Shown here: one piece after another, positions 40,354 to 53,590 of the stretch
Numbering within the stretch: position 1 is the stretch's first letter
Layout of the letters: each line of letters begins with the position of its first letter
NCBI GenBank assembly: GCA_024679065.1
Contig: JAGIQG010000005.1
Span: 107,136,001-107,200,000 of the forward strand
Length of the DNA stretch: 64,000 nucleotides
Source of the DNA: Sphyrna mokarran
Lineage: Eukaryota
Reading direction: 5' to 3'
The notes under the pieces: generated by a model
What the model was told of the DNA's origin: nothing
Databases searched by the model: none
Seen by the model: the letters and a program-made list of their open reading frames with translations, nothing else
Position numbers and translations under genes: made by a program

Positions 40354-41978
40354 AACATAGAATATAGAACATTACAGCACAGAACAGGCCCTTCGGCTTT
40401 CGATGTTGCGCCGACCAATATAAAAAGCAATGCCCCTCCAAACTAAACCATTCCCTTCTCTTCCATATACTTATCAACTAACCTCTTAAACGCCACCAAA
40501 CTTGGCGCATCTACAACTGCTGCAGGCAGGGCATTCCACTCCCGAACCACCCTTTGGGTAAAGAACCTACCTCTGATATCCGTCCTATAACTATCACCCC
40601 TTAATTTAAAGCTGTGTCCCCTCGTGCTAGCTTTCTCCATCCTAGGAAAAAGGCTATCACTGTCCACCCTATCTAAACCTCTAATCATCTTATATGTTTC
40701 GATAAGGTCTCCTCTTAGCCGCCTCCTTTCTAACGAAAACAACCTCAAATCCCTCAGCCTCTCTTCATAAGACCTGCCTCCATACCAGGCAACATCCTGG
40801 TAAACCTCCTCTGTACCCTCTCCAATGCCTCCACATCTTTCTTATAATGTGGGGACCAGAACTGCACACAATACTCCAAGTGCGGCCGCACTAGAGTTTT
40901 GTACAGTTGCAACATGACGTTGCGGCTCCGAAATTCAATCCCTCTACCAATAAAAGCCAAGACTCCATATGCCTTCCTAACAACCTTCTCGACCTGACTG
41001 CCTACTTTCAGGGATCTATGCACATACACACCAAGATCCTCTGTTCATCTAGACTACTAAGAATCCTACCATTTGCCCTATACTCTACACATTTATTATT
41101 TCTGCCATAGTGCATTACCTCACACTTTTCCACATTAAACTCCATTTGCCACCTCTCGGCCCAGCTCTGCAACTTGTCCAAGTCCCTCTGCAAACTATAA
41201 CACCCCTCTTCACTATCTACCACTCCACCGACTTTAGTGTCATCTGCAAATTTACTAATCCATCCTTCAATACCCTCATCCAGATCATTTATAAAAATTA
41301 CAAACAGCAGGGGCCCCAAAACAGACCCCTGAGGTACACCACTTGTCACCGAACTCCACGATGAATATCTCCCATCAACCACCACCCTCTGTCTTCTATC
41401 TGCTAGCCAATTCCTAACCCAATTAGCTAAATCACCCTCTATCCCATACATCTGCATTTTCTGCAGAAGTCTTCCATGAGCCACCTTATCAAACGCCTTA
41501 CTAAAGTCCATATATACCACATCAACCGCCTTACCCCCATCCACCTCCTTAGTCACTTTTTCAAAAAACTCAATGAGGTTAGTAAGGCACGACCTACCCT
41601 TCACAAAACCATGCTGACTATCTCCAATCAATTCATTACTCTCTAAATAACTATAAATCCTATCCCTAATTATTCTCTCCAATACTTTGCCCACAACAGA
41701 AGTAAGACTCACTGGCCTATAATTCCCTGGAAGGTCTCTCTTCCCCTTCTTGAACAACGGGACCACATTCGCTATCCTCCAGTCCTCCGGAACCACACCC
41801 GTAACCAACGACGACCTGAAGATCAGAGCCAGAGGCTCTGCAATCTCCTCTCTTGCCTCCCAGAGAATCCTAGGGTAAATCCCGTCCGGCCCAGGGGACT
41901 TATCCAACTTCAAACCCTCGAGAATATCTAGCACATCCTCCCTATCTACTTCGATACCTTCCAGTTTGCTACCCTGTG
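40354..41978 (-). mobile_element. Second young CR1 copy (RT and 3' end), ends in gap
   Basis: ORF 41008-41934 is a full RT core (QHGF, DFSKAFD, VPQGSVLGP, FADD); highly similar but not identical to the 37155 copy. Confidence 0.95.
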
Positions 41979-42078
41979 NNNNNNNNNNNNNNNNNNNNNN
42001 NNNNNNNNNNNNNNNNNNNNNNNNNNNNNNNNNNNNNNNNNNNNNNNNNNNNNNNNNNNNNNNNNNNNNNNNNNNNNN
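41979..42078. other. Assembly gap (100 N)
   Basis: N run. Confidence 1.
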
Positions 42079-43329
42079 GTGGGGGAACTCAAACTGCCAG
42101 GGTTTCTGACACTATGTCTGCCCACAACCTCAGCTGTCAGGATCAGAGTTAAAGGGCAGAATTCTCTCATTTTCAGGCTAAGTGCCCACAACAGTGGGAA
42201 AACGAGTGTTTCCCACTGGTACTCACAGTGTCTGAAATATGCTAATGAGCTCATCTCGGGGAACTTGCTGGTCAGCCCACTTTTCAGAGATTTCTAAAGG
42301 GTGCCCCAATCTCTGTGTTCAGAGATGGGCTCCAATGAATTGGTGACCCCACCCCACCCCACTCTACCCGCCCATCCACCCTATCTACTGACCATGGGAG
42401 TACTACCTAACCCTTCACCAAAGAGGGGGATCCTGCACCCCTACTCCCCACACAATACCATACTGGTAACCTGGTCTCTCCCCCTCAGGCCTCCCACTCG
42501 GGTTCCTCCCCTATTTCCTTCAGACCTCCAGTCAGACCCATTTCCCCTCAGAGATTCTACCCAAATACCTTTCCCCATCAGACCCTCCCCACTCAGGCCC
42601 CCTTCAGGCCATACACTGGTATCCTCTGGTATCCTGGCACTGACATGCTGGCCTGGTGCCTTGGATCCCAAGAGAGGGCAGGGAGGTAAGGCCCTGGTCA
42701 TTTGCTGTTCGCTGCTGCAAAAGAGGAAGTGATTTGCAAGGAAAGGAAGTGAAACCACTTATTTCTTTTGAAAAATCCACAGTTGTCAATTAAGCTTAGA
42801 ATCTTTGTAAAGATTGCACTGGGATCAATGGAACTATTTGAGATCCATTCAAGCGTGAAGGGAAATGAAACTAAACACAGCTGACTGGAGCATGAGTAGA
42901 AATTTATTAATGGAGGCCTATTTCAAAGCAATGCATGTTGAATTTGACAGATCAAAGGGTTCCAATGAACTTGAGAATGTTTCAAAGATTTCAGATTTCT
43001 AGGATGCCTCAGACACTTCAAAGCTAAGCTGTGTGAATACACTGGGACTGTTGACACAGCTATGCAGATTGGAACCTCTTCCCTCTCCCTCCCTCAGATA
43101 AAACTCATATCTCCTCTTTGTCAGAGGATTTCAAAAGATTCTGCACATTTGGTCCAATTGCTATAGTGAATTTATAGTAAATCTATGTTCTATGTTCTAT
43201 GAATTGTGCTGCAGTCTGAACAGGTAAAATGAACAATCAGAAATTTGTATATACTGCTCAAGTACTCGTGTCAGGACTTCCAGGGATCCCAAGGCATTCC
43301 AGAAACTTAAATTGAGTAATTTAACAGTT

Positions 43330-43900
43330 CCCATAATTGGAAGATTCAAGCCATAGAAACACTGCTTTGGCCAGTACTGAAGTGTTGTGGTCAGTTTTGG
43401 ATCCTGATTTTAGGATGCAATTTTCGAGAGGATGCAGTTGGGTTTTATTGGAATGGGTTTCACAGATGAGGAATTCAGTTAAATGGACAAACTGGAAACA
43501 CCTGGACTGGTCCCCTTGAAGAGGAGAGAAGATTTGACAGAGGTGTTCAAAATCATGAGGTAAACACAAGGTTTAGGGAGAAGCTGTTTCCATTTTTGGA
43601 AGAATCAAGAAACAGAGAACACAGGGTTAACTTGGCTGCAAAAGAACAGCAACATGAGGAAAATAATTTTTGTTCAGCAAACGGTTAGGTTGTGTAATGC
43701 ACAGCCTGAGAGTGTTGTGAGAGCAGATTTAATCATGGATTTCAAAAGAAATTTGATTAAGCACCTGAAATGAAGAAATTTGCACAGCTATGGGCAAAGG
43801 TTGAGAAGTGGGACTAGCTGTGATTCTGTTGAGGAGGACTGACAGGACAGGATGGGCTGAAGGGCCTCTTTCTGTGTTTTCATCATTCACTGATTCTATG
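43330..43900 (+). mobile_element. Degenerate CR1 3' fragment
   Basis: CAGTTTTGG, GAGAAGATTTGACAGAGGTGTTCAAAATCATG, GGGCTGAAGGGCCTCTTTCTGTG..TTCTATG. Confidence 0.7.
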
Positions 43901-44539
43901 AATCAAACTACTCTTATTTGAGCAGAGTGAAAACTTCTAAAATTTGGAAGAATGCCAAAGACCATGAAAAATTACAAGATACCGGCAGTGGAAAACAAAC
44001 TGCATATAATATAATCCAGGAAATAATATAATCTAGATTTTCTCTGGATCAATGAAGGTGATAACAATGTGACAAGGGAAATAGAGCATCAACAACTCTG
44101 GTTAAAGGTATGCTGTGCTTACCAATGAGACTGAAGACCTGATAAATCCTCCTTAGAAGGATATGTGTGAATGCACTGTCAAATGGGGTGTGTCATCAGC
44201 AATAAAGAGAATGGATAATATATTACTACCACAGGGCAACAAAAAATGTTAAAAGAGAATGTTTTAAATCCCAAACAACAATTAATATCTTAAGAATGAA
44301 ACTCTTTTCTTTTAATTTCAATGCCTGAGGGGCCGAGTTGGTTAGATTTCTGTAATGAGGTTAATTTGTATTGTTAATTTAGATAAATGCAAGGTGATGC
44401 ATTTTGATAGATTGAACCCGGGGAAAGTTACAGAACAAAGACATGTAGAGGTGCATAGCTTTTTGAAACTGGAGTCACAAGTGGATAGAGTGTGAAGAAG
44501 GCACTTGGCATGCTTAATTTCACTGGTCAGAACATTGAG

Positions 44540-45409
44540 GTGGAGATGCTGGCATTGGACACACATAGTTTACAGAATACTGATTTGAATGCGAGTCTTT
44601 ACAGCTAATCTGGTTAAACAGACCATTGTTCACAGCAAACTACCCAGCCTTCAGGAGAACAGTGACCACAACACCACACAACCCTGCTCCAGCAACCTTT
44701 GTAAGATATGCTGGAATATTGATACGGATGACATCATCTCACATGAGAACACCATCCACTAGGTACACGGCACATACTCTTGCAACTCGGCCAAAGTTGT
44801 CTACCTGATACGCTGCAGGAAAGGATGTCCCTACTCATGGTACATCCTGAGTACCATGCGGCCGCTACGACAATGGATGAATGAACAGCGCTCGACAATC
44901 ACCAGGCAGACTGTTCTCTTCCTGTTGGCGAATACTTCAGTGGGTCACGGGCATTCGGCCTCTGCTCTTCGGGTAAGCATTCTACGAGGCGGCCTTCAAA
45001 ACACACAACAGTGCAGAGTCGCTGAGCAGAGACTGATAGCCAAGTTCTGCACACATGAGGACGGCCTCAACCAGAATCTTTGGTTCATGTCACATTATTT
45101 GTAACCCCCATGACTTGCCTGAAATTGCAACATTTCACTTACTGTCCTGTTTGGAGACAATACACATCTATTTAACGTATGTTTAATGCTATCTCCATTC
45201 ACAATGTCTGCACCTTTAAGACTTGAATAGCAGGTTAGCTGTAAAGACTCACATTCTAATCAGTATTTTGTAAACTGTGAGTGCCTCTACATGCCCTTCT
45301 CTGATCAGAACTTTCCACACACCTGATGAAGGAACAGTGTTTCTGAAAGCTTGTGGGTTTCCTATCAAATAAATTGGTTGGACTTTAACCTGGTGTTGTG
45401 AGACTTTTA
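44540..45409 (+). mobile_element. Penelope-like element, truncated: GIY-YIG endonuclease, pLTR, inverted 5' segment, 12-bp TSD
   Basis: YSCNSAKVVYLIRCRKGCPYSWYI (GIY-YIG) ..AEQRLIAKFCTHEDGLN; TSD CAGAACATTGAG at 44528-44539 and 45410-45421; 44561-44612 is an inverted copy of 45231-45282. Confidence 0.85.
45320..45355 (+). ncRNA. Minimal type I hammerhead ribozyme in PLE pLTR
   Basis: CAC-CUGAUGA-AGGAAC(AGU)GUUUCU-GAAA-GCUU-GUG: intact core, stem I CAC/GUG, palindromic AGCU stem III, as described for Penelope hammerheads. Confidence 0.65.
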
Positions 45410-48400
45410 CAGAACATTGAGTACAGGAATTGGGATGTCTTGTTGAAGTTGTGCAACGCTACACTTCGAATACTGTGCATGGTTCCGGTCACCCTATTAG
45501 AGAAAGGATATTACTAAATTAGAAAGAGCATCGAAAAAATTGACTAGGATGCTACTGGGACTTGATAGTTTGATTTATAAGAAGTGGCTGGATAATTTGG
45601 GACTTCTTTCTCTGAAATGTTAGAGGCTTAGGGATGATCTTATAGAGGCCAATAAAACAATGAGGAAGCATAGATCAGTCAGATAGTCAACATCTTTTCT
45701 CAAAGGTAGGGGAGTCTAAAATTAGAGAGCATAGTTTAAGGTGAAAGGGGAGAGATGCAAAACAGTCCAGAGGAGCAATTTTTTTTATAGAGGATGGTGA
45801 GTGTCTGGAACAAGTTGCCAGAGGTAGTAGTGGAGGGGGAAGGGGGGATACAATTTTGCCTTTTAAAAAGCATTTAGAAAGTTACAAGAGTATGATGGTT
45901 ATAGAAAGGTATGAGCCAAACACGGCAATTAGCACTAATTTAGTGATTACAAAAAAGGCAGTATGGACAAGTTGGGTCAAGGGTCTGTTTCCATACTGTA
46001 AACCTCTATGACTGTACCACACAAATACACAATTTCATGTCATTCAGTATGTTTGATAGTGAGGCAGTCAGTGAGATGATGCTTCTCATGAAGTTAGCTA
46101 TAGAATAGCACAACTCAGACAATAAGTTTTGAAATCCATGTCTGACTGCATAGTTACTGATTTGAAAAATCATGCTACTATTTATGACAAATATGAACTT
46201 ATGACTTGTATTATATATAAGCTTCAGAGTTTTATTAGTCCATCATCGTTAACAATTTGTTGCTATTATAAGAGCAGTTCTTTTTAACTAACATTTTGTC
46301 TCAATGGTTTATTTTTAACCTGAAAACATCCATGTTAAGAGAGTGAAATAGTAAATAGGAGAAATTGATATGCTGTGTGCTCAGGTTTTGGATGTCGAAC
46401 AAATGGAAGTTAATCAATTTGCGTTGGTTGCTCTGCTGAATTTGAATGGCCCTATTCTTTGGCATTATGAGCCCAACACAGGCTTTCTTCCCCTTAAACA
46501 TGTAAATGAAAAGACAAATGATCAAAAAACCCATTGATAAATTTGTCATTGCCTGCAGCTGGCGTTAACCCAAACCCACTCAGGATTGTTCATCAGCTAC
46601 CAACACCAGAGTCAGATCTTTATACTCTTCCCCCACCCCTGGTTATTCTGAAGTAGGAGAAGCGTAAAATTGCATTGATAGGATTCCCTGCAGGATTCCG
46701 CCTTTTCCTGACCCAGACACGATTTTACAATGGAGCAGGCAGGACCTCTAACGGGAACCTACCCCTCCCCTTTAAGTAGCCACTTAAGGGTCTTTTCCTA
46801 CTCAGCCTCAACATTTTGAATGGTTCTTTTACAGCCATTGGCAACCAACGACAAACGGTCAGAAATAGTAAAGATTTTCACCTTTCATTTCCAAAGCCAA
46901 AAATCAAAAGGTCCCTTCAGTGTCCAGGAAGCTCTAACACTTCTTCACCAGCTTCTGACCTCCCTAGGATATACCTACCCTCCCCTCCACCAGGATCACT
47001 GACAATTACCACAGCATGTCCTGGGACTTCACCTCAGACAGGGTGCTCTGCTGACTGCTGTAGAACTGTGCCTGCGGTCTGAGTGGTAGACAGCCCTTCA
47101 AAGCAGGATTTCCCTCTCAGCATGGGCAGAAGTCCCACCTGCTGCAGACAGAACTCAATTGAGTATAAAATGGTAGTTGGCCTGTTTGATTCTCAGGATG
47201 ATGGACACTTACATTTGCCATCCTGAAAATTCAGACCCAGGTAGCCTCAAATTGATTTTTTTTTGTTCAAATGTCTTTTCAGTGGACCCAAGAGCAGAAC
47301 TACCACTCCGACTCTCCAGGAGATATTTTTGCCACTCATTGACAGATTTGATCCCTGTTCTCAGGACTTACCCAAGAATCATTAGTGAAGCAAGAATCTG
47401 GCATTGATACCTTCATTTTGGTAAGCTGTCTGGACCTTGTTCGAAGTATGGTGACAAGACCTGAGTACCAATTTCAATCAAACTTCGGATGTCTTCGTCT
47501 GCGTGCACACTGGTCACATACCACTGACTCCGCATCTGAAAATGGTTCACCTTTTAATCCTTTTACTACCTTTTAACATGTGGGCAACAGCTATCTTTGA
47601 TGTCTTACTTGAATAGTTTTGCAATTTTAGAAAAAGGTCATCAATTCTTTATTACAACAGCCTGAGGCGGAATATAATTAAATGAAAAGGTGCGTAGAAA
47701 GGAAGAATATTTGTTGTGTGAAGTACTTCCCTGTCTAATTAATTTTAAAATTTCTCCTCGGCAAATGGACATGTTTCAATATTTTTTTTCAGGATCACAG
47801 GAACTCATCATTCTGCATCTGCAAACTCACCAGGGATGCAGTTAGTTAAAATCAACTGTGGGTTCTTCTTGCTAACACTTCCACAAGAGATTTTTCTTCT
47901 GATGTTCATTGTTCACTGGCAGACATTTGTATCTGAAAACAGTTTTCTAGCAGATTAACCCATCGAATTTCACTATCCTTATAGAACCGTGGAAGTTGTT
48001 AAAATTCTAGTTTGTAAACAAGCTGTGAATTTCATTATATCTCTTGTATCCTTTGAAAAAATGCAGAATTTTTCATCTCTCTTATTGTGATGATTCCATT
48101 GAAGATTAGCAAAGCAAAATAACCAAAATTATCAAATGACCTCCAAATGAAGGAATTTACTAACAGGATTTCATTATTTCTAGCTTTTGCTCGAGTTTCT
48201 AATTCACATTAATGAATGAGAATAAGCACAAAGACAATTCACAGTAGGTGTGAACTAATTAGAACAGCAGATGCAGCAGCAACTATCTCATGGCTCTTCT
48301 TGGTGATCTGAATCCCGATGTGCTCCAGTTCCAGCCGCATTGTTCTTCCCTTCAGCGGCTTAACCAATTATCAACATGCAGTGAACAGCATCCACCTCTT

Positions 48401-49129
48401 CGGTCTTCCTTATGAGGCACTCTTCCTTCCAGAACCTTCTTCACACTCAACTCTTGTTGGCCATGGTAAGCGTGGAATTATCAGGATTGTCTTTACCTTC
48501 AGTCAATGTGGCCGACCCTGGGCATTTAATCACCCAGAAGTTAAAGAAATAACAACAAATGTTGTAAACGTGCTTTCAACCTCTCAGGAATCCAGCTCTC
48601 TGACCTGGTTTGCTGATTGCTTTCTGGAATTCATTATCTGCTTTCACTTTCCATCTGGCCACATGGCTTCCATATTTTAACTTCTTCCCTGCCGATACTA
48701 CTTCCAGGTCGCATGGACCAGTACTTCCTATTTATCCAAAAATGACATTGAATTCCTTTACAAGTATTAGAAACTCATAAATGTCCTTTCCAAACAATTT
48801 TAAAAACAATTAGATCCCTCAAACATGTAACAGTATTTATGCATTTTCCTTACTATTACTATTTCCAGATCAAAGGCTGTCACACTGTGTGGAAAGACAG
48901 TGACCTGTAATCCCTGGCTGAAAATAATACATATGGGTTAAAGTTCTAGTCTTAAAGGAATGTTTTCGAGTCAAAGCTGCTAAACAAAGAAAAATTAATA
49001 ACTAATGTGTATGTTTGCATCATGACACTTAGAGGAGAGAAATTTGGGTAAGGTAGAGATTATTGAGGATGTAGGATGAGATGCCAGCAAGAAAGGCATT
49101 GAAGAAACCCCAAGATCCTTCATGTTCTT

Positions 49130-50252
49130 GAGAAGGTGAGGGGGCATGGGATCCAAGGGACTTTGGCCTCGTGGATCCAAAACTAGCTTGCCGGCAGAAG
49201 GCAGAGAGTGGTTGTGGATGGGTCTTTTTCTGCATGGAGGTCGGTCACCAGTGAAGTGCCCCAGGGATCTGTTCTGGGACCCCTGCTGTTTATCATTTTC
49301 ATAAATGACCTGGATGAGGAAGTGGAGGGATGGGTTAGTAAGTTCGCCGACGATACAAAGGTCGGTGGTGTTGTGGATGGTCTGGAGGGATGTCAAAAGT
49401 TGCAGCGGGACATAGACAGGATGCAAGACTGGGCGGAGAAGTGGCAGATGGACTTCAACGCGGATAAATGTGTAGTGGTCCATTTTGGCAGAAATAATGG
49501 GATGAAGGAGTACAATATAAGGGGTAGGAGTCTTAGCTGTGTTGAAGAGCAGAAGGATCTTGGGGTCCGGGTCCATAGGACTCTTAAATCGGCCTCGCAG
49601 GTGGAGGATGTGGTCAAGAAGGCGTATGGTGTACTGACCTTCATTAATCGAGGGATTGAGTTTAGGAGTCGGGAGGTAATGATGCAGCTTTATAAGACCC
49701 TTGTCAGACCCCACTTGGAGTACTGTGCACAGTTCTGGTCACCTCACTATAGGAAGGATGTGGAAGCTATTGAAAGAGTGCAGAGGAGATTTACAAGGAT
49801 GTTGCCTGGATTGGGAGGCAGGCCTTATGAAGATAGGTTGAGGGAACTAGGTCTCTTCTTCCTGGAGAGACGAAGGTTGAGAGGCAATCTGATAGAGGTT
49901 TATAAAATGTTGAGAGGAATAGATAGGGTGGATTCTCAGAGGCTATTTCCCCGAGCTGAAATGGTTGCTATGAGAGGACACAGATTTAAGGTGCAGGGAA
50001 GCAAATACAGAGGGGATGTTAGGGGTAAGTTTTTCACTCAGAAGGTGGTGAGTGAATGGAATTGGCTGACATCGAAGGTGGTAGAGGCGAACTCGCTGGG
50101 GTCTTTTAAAAGATTTTTGGATGAGTATATGGGAACTAATGGGATGGGGAGTTACAGATAGGTCTGTGGCTTGGTAGGGATAGACGTGATCGGCGCAACT
50201 CATGGGCCAAAGGGCCTGTTTGTGCTGTAGTGTTCTATGTTCTATGTTCTAT
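49130..50252 (+). mobile_element. CR1 LINE, 5'-truncated, open RT C-terminal half
   Basis: ORF 49208-50161 (317 aa): VPQGSVLGP, FADD, LEYCAQFWSP; (TTCTATG)3 tail. Confidence 0.95.
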
Positions 50253-50734
50253 GAAATCCAACCAAAAGGTGACAAATGAAATTTCAACAGCAAGGGGATT
50301 GAAGATGAGAACATCACAGAGAAAGGGTGATGGTAATGTTTGAAGCTCAGCCCAAGGTTTTGCCAGCTTGGCTCTGCCTAACTGAAGCACCTGGGAAATG
50401 GTGGTTTTCTAAAGAATAGAGGGGAAGCTTGTGGCTGTTAGCAAACATGATAGCTTCAGTATTTCTGGGTGATGTTGAGAAAAGCAGCATGTAGCTGAGG
50501 GGGTGGGGTGAGCCATGACCAAAGGCTTGGTAGCTAAAGGTCCATGGGTGAGAAGAGATGCCATCTGAAGATCCCTTGACACTGTTTGGAGAAGCAGAAG
50601 TAGAACTGAGAAGACACCATATTTATAATGAAGGCTGTAAAGATTTTCGTGAAGTATAAGGAATTATGATCACAGTCACAAAAGATGTTGTTCATGAATT
50701 TGCTCAGTGCAGTATTAAGGTCGAAGTTTTTCAA

Positions 50735-50898
50735 CACTCACATTACACACTGACACACACGCATAGTCACTCTCACACACTCTCACACATTCTCACTCAC
50801 ACATTCATTCTCACTCTCTCTCTCTCGCTCACACACACACACACTCTCACTCTCACACACTCTCATTCGCATACACACTCTTTCTCACACACACACAT

Positions 50899-50934
<36 letters not shown>

Positions 50935-51183
50935 TCTCACTCTCACACACTCTCATTTGCATACACACTCTTTCTCACAACACACACATTCTCACTCTCT
51001 CTCATTCGCTCACACACACACACTCTCCACAACTCTCATTTGCATACACACTCTTCTCACACACACACACACACTCTCACTCTCACACACTCTCATTTGC
51101 ATACACACTCTTTCTCAACACACACACACACTCTCACTCTCACACATCTCATTCGCATACACACTCTTCTCACACACCACACA
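50735..51183. repeat. CA/CT compound microsatellite / minisatellite
   Basis: Repeated CACACACTCTCACTCTCACACACTCTCATT(C/T)GCATACACACTC units abutting a gap. Confidence 0.9.
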
Positions 51184-51401
51184 NNNNNNNNNNNNNNNNN
51201 NNNNNNNNNNNNNNNNNNNNNNNNNNNNNNNNNNNNNNNNNNNNNNNNNNNNNNNNNNNNNNNNNNNNNNNNNNNNNNNNNNNNNNNNNNNNNNNNNNNN
51301 NNNNNNNNNNNNNNNNNNNNNNNNNNNNNNNNNNNNNNNNNNNNNNNNNNNNNNNNNNNNNNNNNNNNNNNNNNNNNNNNNNNNNNNNNNNNNNNNNNNN
51401 N
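51184..51401. other. Assembly gap
   Basis: N run. Confidence 1.
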
Positions 51402-51614
51402 AGGCAGCTCTCAGTTGCCTGGTTCAGGTCCTTCCAGTCCGACTCAAGTCTACAGATGTTTACATGGTCCAACTGTTGACTTTGGCAAGACTGGAAGATC
51501 CCTCCAGTGAAAAGGGCTGAAAAATTCTGTCCAAGGACTGCACTTCAGAAATTTGAAGACCAAGGTTCGGAGGAAATGAGAGGGAACTGGACAAGACATT
51601 TAAAAACATTTTCG

Positions 51615-52250
51615 GATGAAATTTTCAGTTGGTAGTTAGGGAGGCAAATGTAACGTTAACATTCATATTGGGAGGGCTAGAATACAAGAGCTGTATAAAG
51701 CCCTAGTGAGACCTCATTTGGAGTATTGTGAGCAGTTTTAGGCCCCATATCTAAGGAAGGATATACTGGCTTTGAAAAGGATCCAGAGGAAATTCACAAG
51801 AATGATTCCTGAAATGAAGAGCTTGTCATATGAGGAACGGTTCAGGACTCTGGGTTTATACTCGTTGGAGTTAGGGGAGATTTTACTGAAACTTACAGGA
51901 TATCGCGAGACCTGGATAGAGTGGACATGGAGAGAATGTTTCCACTAGTAGGAAAAACTAGAACCAGAGAGCACAACCTCAGGCTGAAGGGATGACCATT
52001 TAAAACAGAGATAAGGGGGAGTTACTTCAGCAAGACAGTAGTGAATCTGTGGAACTTTTGATAGAGAAGGCTATGGAGGTCAAGCCATTGAGTGTCTTTA
52101 AGACACTCTTGATTGATAAGAGAGCAGGGGTTGTGGGGAAAGGGTAGGAGAATAGGGATGAGAAAAAAAAAACAGCCACGATTGAATGGTGGAGCAGACT
52201 CATGGGCTGAGCGGCCTAATTCTGCCCCTATGTCTTATGGTCTTATGGAG
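51615..52250 (+). mobile_element. CR1 3' fragment
   Basis: CTGTATAAAGCCCTAGTGAGACCTCATTTGGAGTATTGTGAGCAG ([15 protein letters not shown]); (TCTTATGG) tail. Confidence 0.85.
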
Positions 52251-52966
52251 GTCGGTGTTTGAGTGATAGCCAAAGAGGGTGGATGGATCAGGGATTTTTT
52301 TGCCGAGGGAGTGATGGGGTTGAATGATCATGAATTACATAAGGAGCAACTTCAATAGCACAGTGATGGGCCATATGGAGATTGGTCAGGAGAAAGGAGG
52401 AGAGTAATTAGGAGGCAATGACAGAAATGTTTTCCTGATAGGTAACAATCTGAGAGGAGAAAAATCCCACGAGTTCTTTGCACTTTGTTTGAAAGTAAGG
52501 TGTCGGATTTGGAGAAAGTAAGGTTGAGGAGATGACTAGTCATGGAGTAAAGAAACAGATTTTTCCCTGTTTTAGAACACTCCTTGATCAAAACCTAATG
52601 TTTTTCAGCCTGACATTACACCAAACCTTTCATTTATTCATTAAGCCGTAGGATAAATGTGTGTTTTTTATCTTTCTCTTGTGAGGGCTTCCTGAGATAA
52701 ACGTCATTCATATTTGAAGGGCCGCATCTAAGCTTCCATTGTCATATTGCAGAACATATAAAGAATATCTGCTTTCTCTTCTAAATGTTTGTGCTTTCTC
52801 TCCTTTTGGGGTGCTCAGTTCAGCATCTTTCTGATTGTTGGGAGACTACAGTGCATTCAGTATAGCTCATATATTCCTCCGACATCCCAAACTGGATTTT
52901 TCATTCCTCACTCTATGCAAGTGATGCCCAACTCTGTGGCAGTAAAGATATAAATCTACTTCAGGA

Positions 52967-53225
52967 AGGCAGCACAGTGGTTAGCACTGCTGTCTCACAG
53001 CGCCAGGGATCAGGGTTCAATTCTAGCCTCGGATGACTGACTGTGTGGAGTTTGCATGTTTTCACCATTTCCTTCAGTTTTCTCCCAAAGATATGCAGTT
53101 TAGGTTGATTGGCCATGTTGAATCATCCCTTGGTATCAGGGAGATTAGAGAATAAATATGGGGGTAGGGCCTGGATGCAATTGTTGATGGGGCACGTAGA
53201 CTCCTTCTGTAATGTAGATTCTATG
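52967..53225 (+). mobile_element. V-SINE (HE1-like)
   Basis: GGCAGCACAGTGGTTAGCACTGCTG head, V core, TTCTATG tail. Confidence 0.8.
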
Positions 53226-53369
53226 AAGGGATGGTGAGGCAGATGGAAGGGGAAATTAACTAAAGGGCCATTCCTGAACACAATTTGAAGGGTTGACCTG
53301 TTCTACCTTTAGGATGCAGGCATGAATAGAAAGCACAATAGGAGAAAATGGTGGAGAGTGAGGTGTGTA

Positions 53370-53590
53370 GAAATTCTTCTCCCAGAGGATGGTGAATTTC
53401 TGAAATTCTCTGCCCCAAATGTAGAATATTTAAAGTGGAAGTGGATAAATTTTTGATAGATCAAGGAATAGAAGGCTATGGGCAAATGGCATAGAAAAGC
53501 AATTAAGCTTAGTATAGATCAGTCATTATAGTATTGAATGGCAGGGCAGGCTTGAATAGCCTGGTGGTCTGCTCCTGCTTCTATTAATTG
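53370..53590 (+). mobile_element. CR1 3' end fragment
   Basis: TTCTTCTCCCAGAGGATGGTGAAT..GATCAGTCAT..ATTGAATGGCAG. Confidence 0.65.

Larger units (their letters stand above)
44375..46010 (+). mobile_element. CR1 3' region interrupted by Penelope element
   Basis: TTTAGATAAATGCAAGGTGATGCATTTTG..; resumes after 45410 with GAATACTGTGCATGGTTCCGGTCACCCTATT. Confidence 0.8.

Noticed and set aside
48300-48700. Possible RTE-like LINE remnant (minus-strand GRPKRW)
   Set aside because: Only one short motif is recognisable; too weak to annotate.
49208-50161. CR1 RT as a dedicated partner of the RNA array
   Set aside because: An ordinary 5'-truncated CR1 4.4 kb away, one of many in the window; nothing links it to the insert.
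50666-51520. 284-aa His/Thr/Ser/Leu-rich ORF
   Set aside because: Translation of a CA/CT microsatellite running through an N gap.
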